A stretch of DNA of 32,000 nt from the sequence record PP083315.1. One strand, given 5' to 3'. The notes under the pieces are model-generated. The model was given only the letters and a program-made list of their open reading frames with translations. It was not told the DNA's origin and did not search any database. The first letter of the stretch is position 1. Each line of letters starts with the position of its first letter. The DNA comes from Vibrio phage VB_VaC_TDDLMA. Shown here one piece after another: positions 26,502 to 32,000 of the stretch. Position numbers and translations under genes: made by a program.

Positions 26502-26630
26502 TTAAGAAACTTGTTTTTCTACTAATGATTTTGGAGTTTCTGCTTCATAATTTGAATTTAATTTATGAAAAGATTCTGACCATTCATTAGATGTTTTTTG
26601 TTTATTGGTATATGAAATTTTTATCTCCAT
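26502..26630 (-). CDS. 42-aa small ORF not in the supplied track (MEIKISYTNKQKTSNEWSESFHKLNSNYEAETPKSLVEKQVS)
   Basis: ATG with GGAG 6 nt upstream; fills the gap between flanking genes. Confidence 0.55.
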   Translation of the reverse strand: MEIKISYTNKQKTSNEWSESFHKLNSNYEAETPKSLVEKQVS

Positions 26631-26640
26631 GGTTATCTCC

Positions 26641-27096
26641 TTATAGTCCTAGTTCTATCAACAAAAGTTCTTTATAATCTTCGTATGCTTCTTTCGAACC
26701 AATATCTACATATACGAATTCGGATGTTAAGCTTTCATTTTTTGACTTATCACGAAATGTAACTTGGTGACTAAGATTAAAAATGATTCGTCGAGAATCC
26801 TCTAAGAACTTGATTGAACTAATTTCATTCACGTTAATGAATCCATCATTTTTAGGCTTAGCAAAGAACTCCCGTTGGAAGTTCTCATTTTCTTTTAATT
26901 TGATTAGGTTTCTTGTATATTCATTAGAATCTTTAGCATCCCAATAAACGTAATCACTAATGAGTGATTTGTGTCCATAGTGTTTCATCTGAATACTGTA
27001 ATTCATATTGAAAACAATTCGATTTCGGTTTGGGACTAGATTCACGTTGCTCACGTTTTCTAGGTTCACCACGACGTCATTAGCTAAAATAAACAA
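26641..27096 (-). CDS. hypothetical protein with internal two-fold repeat
   Basis: 151 aa; the two halves align (see findings). Confidence 0.65.
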   Translation of the reverse strand: MFILANDVVVNLENVSNVNLVPNRNRIVFNMNYSIQMKHYGHKSLISDYVYWDAKDSNEYTRNLIKLKENENFQREFFAKPKNDGFINVNEISSIKFLEDSRRIIFNLSHQVTFRDKSKNESLTSEFVYVDIGSKEAYEDYKELLLIELGL

Positions 27097-27201
27097 TATC
27101 TTCTCCTTCTTTCTGTTTGTTATTATCTGAAGATGTTTCCATTATAAGACTTGCATATTTAAACTTCTGATGTATTAACTCATAATCTCACCACAATCTC
27201 A

Positions 27202-28200
27202 TTAAAGTTTACACTTTAAACGCACTTCCGCAGAAATACCTTGATATAAGTTTGATTTGATGAACTCAGGAAGGTTCAAATCTGGGTTTCCTAACTTAAG
27301 TTCATTCATATCCTTTTCTATATAAGAATCGGGTTGAATATAAATCTGGCAATTTCTTTTGGTGTACTCAATACTGTTAGTAATGCCAGCTTTATCGTTA
27401 TCCAAAACAAATACTGGATATTTTAGTTCCTTCAATCTTTCTTCTGGAATCTTTGCACCCATCAATGCTATTGAATTTGATAATCCACCCGCTATTGCAT
27501 CGAAAATACCCTCATAAATATAAACTGGTTTATTCTTATCGATGTTAAACCAATTCCAAATTTTGAATCCAATATTCTGGTCTGGATTATATGTTGCAAA
27601 GTCTTTAGTACAAATATTTCGTGAATAGAAACCGTACATAGTATTATTGTGATATAGGGGAATGACAATACTATTAGAAGTTGCATAGAACTTATCACCA
27701 ATTTTTAAGTTTTGTTCACTAAAGTACCATTTACCAAATTTAGACTCAACGTATGTACAACCTCGATTTTCCAGATATTGCAAAGCTTCTGGTGATTGAG
27801 AAATATCCTTGAAAAAACCAGTTAAGTCATGATGCACAATTTGTGTTTGGTCTTCCTTAGGCTCTTTCTTAAATTGAGAGAATACATCACTTTCACCACG
27901 AGCTAGTTTTTCCATGGTGTTACCGAAGTTTTCACGTTTATATTGACCTAGTAAGTTAGGATGGAATTCCTTGAGAAATGAATACACCGTCTTATTCTTA
28001 ATAGGGCAGTCTCCGGAGAAACAATTAACGTTAGTGATATTATTTTTGGTGTATATATGTAAGCGTGAAGAGTGTTTCCAACGTTCGTCAGAAGAGCATA
28101 CAGGGCATCTGGCAGCTATATCAACATCAGTTTCTCGCTTAATATAACTGGTACCAACTGCCATTTTGAAAAACTTTACGTCAATTCTTGATAGTGACAT
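27202..28200 (-). CDS. 61: DnaG-type primase, T4 gp61-like
   Basis: Zinc finger CPVCSSDERWKHSSRLHIY...NCFSGDCP and Toprim-like YEGIFDAIAG...PVFVLDNDKAG. Confidence 0.88.
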   Translation of the reverse strand: MSLSRIDVKFFKMAVGTSYIKRETDVDIAARCPVCSSDERWKHSSRLHIYTKNNITNVNCFSGDCPIKNKTVYSFLKEFHPNLLGQYKRENFGNTMEKLARGESDVFSQFKKEPKEDQTQIVHHDLTGFFKDISQSPEALQYLENRGCTYVESKFGKWYFSEQNLKIGDKFYATSNSIVIPLYHNNTMYGFYSRNICTKDFATYNPDQNIGFKIWNWFNIDKNKPVYIYEGIFDAIAGGLSNSIALMGAKIPEERLKELKYPVFVLDNDKAGITNSIEYTKRNCQIYIQPDSYIEKDMNELKLGNPDLNLPEFIKSNLYQGISAEVRLKCKL

Positions 28201-28248
28201 TCTATTTCCTTCAGATATACAAAAATGGGGAACATTGTTCCCCTTGAA

Positions 28249-28533
28249 TTACTTAGTTTTAAGTGATTTGATAGCTTCACGCAATCGTTCATCAACTGGT
28301 GATGTATCTTTATCGACTTCTTTATTGATAATCGTGACAATGGCACGACGATGTTCTTTAACAAATTCGGCAATCTGACGATCTACCTCAGTTTGTTTTC
28401 GTTGAGTGCTATCTTGATTATCTAATGTGCTCTCAATTGAAGAAGTGATAAGTTTAATTAAAAATGTACGAAACCAAGGTTTACTTAGTGCATACATAAT
28501 AAGTTGTATTAAAATGGTTTGGACCATTGCCAT
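28249..28533 (-). CDS. hypothetical protein with N-terminal hydrophobic segment
   Basis: Start MAMVQTILIQLIMYALSKPW with AAAGGAG upstream. Confidence 0.6.
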   Translation of the reverse strand: MAMVQTILIQLIMYALSKPWFRTFLIKLITSSIESTLDNQDSTQRKQTEVDRQIAEFVKEHRRAIVTIINKEVDKDTSPVDERLREAIKSLKTK

Positions 28534-28546
28534 ATTTTCTCCTTTT

Positions 28547-29650
28547 CTACCATCCAAAGTCATCTGCAGTTAATTCTCTTGTTATTTTGAAAATATTAGG
28601 TAACTCCATTAAAATAGAGTCTAAATTATTTTCTTTTAAATAACGCTCGAATTCTTGATCATTATAATCAGTTTTTGCTTCTTTAAATGCAATAATAATT
28701 TCGTTCCATATGTCGGAAGGAATTCCTTCTTCCATTACCAATGTAAAGTTTCGATTGTAATGTCCTCTATATAAAGGATGTGAATCTAACCATTCATCAA
28801 TAGAACCATATTTTTCAATTTGCTTCTTGAGTGTACTTGGTCCGAAACGAATCTTTTTATATACATCTTTTTCATCTAATTCTTCACCCTTTCTGTTCAC
28901 TCGATAAACCTGATAATTATCAAGCAAATCACGCTTTTGTTGTAAGGTAAGATTTGAAGTCTTGAACTCATATGGTGTTTCTAAAGCAACTCCATTTTCT
29001 TTCAAATAAGCCAAGAAGTTATCACTGAATTCAGTATGATCGACAACTTTAGGAACTCCATCACATTCATCTCCTAAACAAACGTGTTCTCGAATCCATT
29101 CATCCATAGTTTCACCTTTGGTTTCTGGAACGATCCATTTCTTAGTTAAGGAACTATATTGTTGAACGTTGTCAGTATTTCTTTGAGCTTGAATCATATC
29201 CTTATCTGGTGAATGAATAAGTATTGGTTCAAATGGATTAAATTCACGAGCGAGTACAAGCATAATATCATCAGCTTCGGCTTTAGGAACATCAATAACT
29301 TTCCAAGGAAGATTATTTCTAATCTGATCCATAAAAACATTGAGTTCGGCAAATACTTCTCTGAAATTCACTTCTGACTCTTCACGAGCTTTCTTTCTGG
29401 ATTCTTTATATCCAACATAGAAATCATTACGCCAATATCCATCACGTGAATTATCTAAACAGATAACTAAATCACCATACTTATTCTTATATTGCTGTTG
29501 AACAGTGAACAATTCTTGAAGAATTAGATACTTGGTGAAATTGATAAATTCTGAAGTGACATATTTTCCATCGACCTTTTTCGGCTTCGTATTAGCAATC
29601 GAAGCAGCTATCATTCTATGCAGAATCGATGAGTAGTCGGTTAAAATCAT
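28547..29650 (-). CDS. rnh: RNase H / 5'-3' flap exonuclease, T4 Rnh-like
   Basis: VICLDNSRDGYWRNDFYVGYKESRK, PKAEADDIMLVLAREF, IHSPDKDMIQ. Confidence 0.87.
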   Translation of the reverse strand: MILTDYSSILHRMIAASIANTKPKKVDGKYVTSEFINFTKYLILQELFTVQQQYKNKYGDLVICLDNSRDGYWRNDFYVGYKESRKKAREESEVNFREVFAELNVFMDQIRNNLPWKVIDVPKAEADDIMLVLAREFNPFEPILIHSPDKDMIQAQRNTDNVQQYSSLTKKWIVPETKGETMDEWIREHVCLGDECDGVPKVVDHTEFSDNFLAYLKENGVALETPYEFKTSNLTLQQKRDLLDNYQVYRVNRKGEELDEKDVYKKIRFGPSTLKKQIEKYGSIDEWLDSHPLYRGHYNRNFTLVMEEGIPSDIWNEIIIAFKEAKTDYNDQEFERYLKENNLDSILMELPNIFKITRELTADDFGW

Positions 29651-30487
29651 TTATACCTCCTTAGATTTACAATTATCGAAGTGCCAACGTATCATCGACC
29701 CGCCACCACCATGTTTTCCACAATGAGGACAGATGACTATCTCCCGTTTCTTTCCTCTGTTAGATTCCGCTCTTTTTAACACATACTCATATTTCTGCTC
29801 TTTTAAAGCTTTAGATATATTTAAACGATGTTCGTCGGAAGGCGGCCCCAATTTTCTGCCTCTGTTTGCATCCCCTATTCGTTTACGATGTGTTTCAGAA
29901 AGATTCTTACCAAAAAATGGATGTTTTTCTCCTCGCTTAGAATCGCCTATATTCCTACAGACTTCAACACTTCTTTTTTCTCCCTTTCGTTCTTTCATCT
30001 TGATTATAAAATCTTCGTTTCTTTTCTTTCCACTATTAGAACGACTAATTTTCTCACGGTGTTCTTTCGAAAGATTTTTTCCAAACATTGGATTTTTCGG
30101 ACCTTTTTTAGATTCGGATATTCGTTTTCTCTGTTCGGGTGATAGTTGATCAACTGTTAATCCACCACCAGCTAATCCATCTTCATATATTCTGTTTGCC
30201 CATTCATGTGATTCAACGATGTTATTTTCTTGGCTGAATTGTAGGGCTATGGGTTTAACGTAATCTATATCATCTGGATTTAATGAACATATCTTATAAA
30301 TCTCCATCGTAACATCATCACCATGTGTTTCTAGATGTTTATTCCAATACGTACCACTTCCGTGGTAATTTTCTTGGAGTTGATTTTCGGTGAAATATCG
30401 AATAGTTTTGCCGAAATACTTTAAACCAGTTTTGTTGTGGGTTGCGATATAAAGAGTTACTCTCTGTGGGTAATCGGTAAGTATAAT
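29651..30487 (-). CDS. homing-endonuclease-like protein (GIY-YIG-like N-terminus plus NUMOD3 repeats)
   Basis: Repeated GPKNPMFGKNLSKEHREKIS / GEKHPFFGKNLSETHRKRIG. Upstream in-frame LYIATHNKTGLKYFGKT with no ATG; AGGAGG 6 nt before ATT at 30487. Confidence 0.7.
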   Translation of the reverse strand: MILTDYPQRVTLYIATHNKTGLKYFGKTIRYFTENQLQENYHGSGTYWNKHLETHGDDVTMEIYKICSLNPDDIDYVKPIALQFSQENNIVESHEWANRIYEDGLAGGGLTVDQLSPEQRKRISESKKGPKNPMFGKNLSKEHREKISRSNSGKKRNEDFIIKMKERKGEKRSVEVCRNIGDSKRGEKHPFFGKNLSETHRKRIGDANRGRKLGPPSDEHRLNISKALKEQKYEYVLKRAESNRGKKREIVICPHCGKHGGGGSMIRWHFDNCKSKEV

Positions 30488-30535
30488 TGGACACCTCCTA
30501 GTTTATTATTCTTATTTGTCTTTGGTGTACAAATA

Positions 30536-30561
30536 AAAATGGGGATTTACATCCCCATTTT
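30536..30561 (-). terminator. terminator downstream of gp32
   Basis: AAAATGGGGAT-TTAC-ATCCCCATTTT, 11-bp perfect stem. Confidence 0.88.
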
Positions 30562-30585
30562 AATATAATCTAATTTAATTTTTGA

Positions 30586-31551
30586 TTAGAGTAGACCACC
30601 TAGGAGTGAATCCAAATCGTCTGCTTTATTTGCTTGTGGCTCTTGAGTAGTTTCTGGTTGAGAAACTTGAGCTGTTTGAGCAGTTTGAGCAGTTGCATCT
30701 ACCTGTGAAGTAGAATCTTGAGACGCTTGAACTTCAGATTGTGGAGCTTGAACAGAAGCAACTTCTGCTGTCAGTGTACCACTCTGAGCTGGTTTATTAC
30801 CTTCTTCGAACTGAACCCAAGCTAGTTTCTTTTCAAGCTCTTCGTAGCTCATGAAAGCTTCTGGCTTAAGTAGGTCTGACAACTTGTGAGTGTTGTTCTT
30901 GATGTCATCCAACGCTTCTTCAACAGAGTTGTAAATAGAAGTAACTTCACTTACTACTTCGGATGAATCGTAGTTGATTTGACCGTTTGCACCTTTCTTA
31001 GCAACAAGACGGAAAGAGTTACCACGAAGTGGGTTGAACATTTCTTTTGGACTAGCGCCTAAAGCACGGTCTTGTTCAGATGGATTCAAAGCCATTTGGA
31101 TCTTATCTTTCATCTTACCAGACATGCGGTACAAGAAAATCTTACCTTCGTTCTCTGGGTTAGCTGGGTCTTTAAGAACTTTGATGTTAGTTACAAAAGT
31201 AGTACCACGGCTGTAGATCTTAGCATCATCTTTCTGACCAGCATTCCAAAGTGATTGCCATTTCTCTTGGAAAGGACATGGTGCACCGATTGAACTTGGT
31301 GAGAACTCAGATACAAAACGCTTTTTGCCGTTCTTAACGATTGTAGTATTGATAGTGAATAGCTTCTGAATAATTCCTTTTTCAGAATCTGGTAGGAAGC
31401 GGATAATTGCTGCACCGTTACCATCTTTATCTTTTGCTAAAGAGTAGAAACGGTCATCTTTTCCGTATTTGTTGGTTTCTTGTGCAAATGGGTCTGCACC
31501 GATTTCTTCTTTCATTGCGTCGAAGTTGAACATGTTTGCGTCGAATGTCAT
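30586..31551 (-). CDS. 32: ssDNA-binding protein, T4 gp32-like
   Basis: MFNFDAMKEE, DGNGAAIIRFLP, and a zinc-site-like region with CPF; Q/S/T-rich linker and acidic C-terminus DDLDSLLGGLL. Confidence 0.93.
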   Translation of the reverse strand: MTFDANMFNFDAMKEEIGADPFAQETNKYGKDDRFYSLAKDKDGNGAAIIRFLPDSEKGIIQKLFTINTTIVKNGKKRFVSEFSPSSIGAPCPFQEKWQSLWNAGQKDDAKIYSRGTTFVTNIKVLKDPANPENEGKIFLYRMSGKMKDKIQMALNPSEQDRALGASPKEMFNPLRGNSFRLVAKKGANGQINYDSSEVVSEVTSIYNSVEEALDDIKNNTHKLSDLLKPEAFMSYEELEKKLAWVQFEEGNKPAQSGTLTAEVASVQAPQSEVQASQDSTSQVDATAQTAQTAQVSQPETTQEPQANKADDLDSLLGGLL

Positions 31552-31630
31552 AAATATTTCTCCTAATTATTATCGATTTATGTTTACTATTTTTAAGTCT
31601 TTGCGGACTTTATTCTTTGTTTGAGCGATT

Positions 31631-31673
31631 ATTATATCCTTTAACGTTTTAAATTTTCGTAAAAGGATATAAT
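31631..31673. repeat. 16-bp inverted repeat in the gp32 upstream region
   Basis: attatatcctttaacg / cgtaaaaggatataat with one mismatch and an 11-nt loop. Confidence 0.85.
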
Positions 31674-31674
31674 T

Positions 31675-31682
31675 TATTTATA
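31675..31682 (-). promoter_or_regulatory. T4-type late promoter TATAAATA
   Basis: Complement of tatttata upstream of gp32. Confidence 0.6.
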
Positions 31683-31691
31683 TTTTTTATT

Positions 31692-32000
31692 TTAAGCTTT
31701 AACCGTCATAAGAATTTTAAAGCCTTCAAGAGATTTGTTGCTAAGTAGAATACGGTAAGAGTCACGAGCTGAGTTATATTTAACATCAAATGTATAGTTA
31801 GATACTGGAAGCATTTTGAAGTTTTCAACTGGAATCTTAATCTCAAATTCTTTAGTTGCACTCGATGGCTTTTTAACACTAAATGTATTTGAACGTTGGT
31901 TGAACTTATTAGTTGCACCCAATGAAATAAGCATGTCATCATCTTGTGATTTGAAAATAACTTCTGTTAGATCTTTAAATACACCAGTCGCTGATTTAAT
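31692..32000 (-). CDS. C-terminal part of an ORF extending off the right edge; weakly sliding-clamp (gp45)-like
   Basis: Open frame continues past the tracked ATG to the edge (IKSATGVFKDLTEVIFKSQDDDMLISLGATNKF...); 'EFEIKIPVENFKMLPVSNYTFDV' is reminiscent of the gp45 C-terminal domain. Confidence 0.4.
   Translation of the reverse strand: MKSATGVFKDLTEVIFKSQDDDMLISLGATNKFNQRSNTFSVKKPSSATKEFEIKIPVENFKMLPVSNYTFDVKYNSARDSYRILLSNKSLEGFKILMTVKA

Noticed and set aside
29733-30149. Plus-strand ORFs of 138 aa and 104 aa opposite the NUMOD3 gene
   Set aside because: Phenylalanine/serine-rich repeats are the mirror image of the NUMOD3 coding repeats; no independent evidence.
31034-31424. Plus- and minus-strand alternative ORFs inside gp32
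   Set aside because: gp32 is strongly supported in its own frame; these are shadow ORFs.
1-32000. tRNA genes
   Set aside because: No cloverleaf with a GGTTCRANTCC-type T-arm and CCA end was spotted by eye. This is not a rigorous exclusion; tRNAscan-SE would settle it.

Overview
The window looks like part of a large T4-like (Tevenvirinae-like or schizoT4) myovirus genome. Nearly every gene is on the minus strand. Recognisable genes by protein signature: DNA ligase (gp30-like), dNMP kinase (gp1-like), NrdA and NrdB, a Dam-type DNA adenine methylase, a UvsW-like helicase, a possible primase-polymerase plus UL9-like helicase protein, a GT-A glycosyltransferase, a short gp23/gp24-like capsid protein, a Cas4/RecB-like Fe-S nuclease, a DsbA-like protein, a gp61-like primase, an RNase H/5' nuclease, a NUMOD3 homing-endonuclease-like gene and the gp32 ssDNA-binding protein. 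The most unusual feature is a family of about 21 small, divergent proteins. Most sit in two blocks on either side of the uvsW-like gene (11523-13795 and 15419-19429). They end in an almost invariant C-terminal peptide, [Y/F/H/R]-P-E-x-[F/L/M/C]-[I/V]-stop. In many cases the codons for this tail also carry the Shine-Dalgarno sequence and the overlapping ATATGA stop/start of the next gene. Other notable points: three exact TATAAATA late-promoter octamers placed upstream of virion/replication genes, a homing-endonuclease-like gene whose conserved N-terminus lies upstream of the ORF call and appears to need an ATT/ATA start, a T7 homopolymer at a likely frameshift, a lone plus-strand GIY-YIG-like gene, and a small protein with an internal-head-protein-like targeting sequence. 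All family assignments come from memory of motifs, not from database searches.
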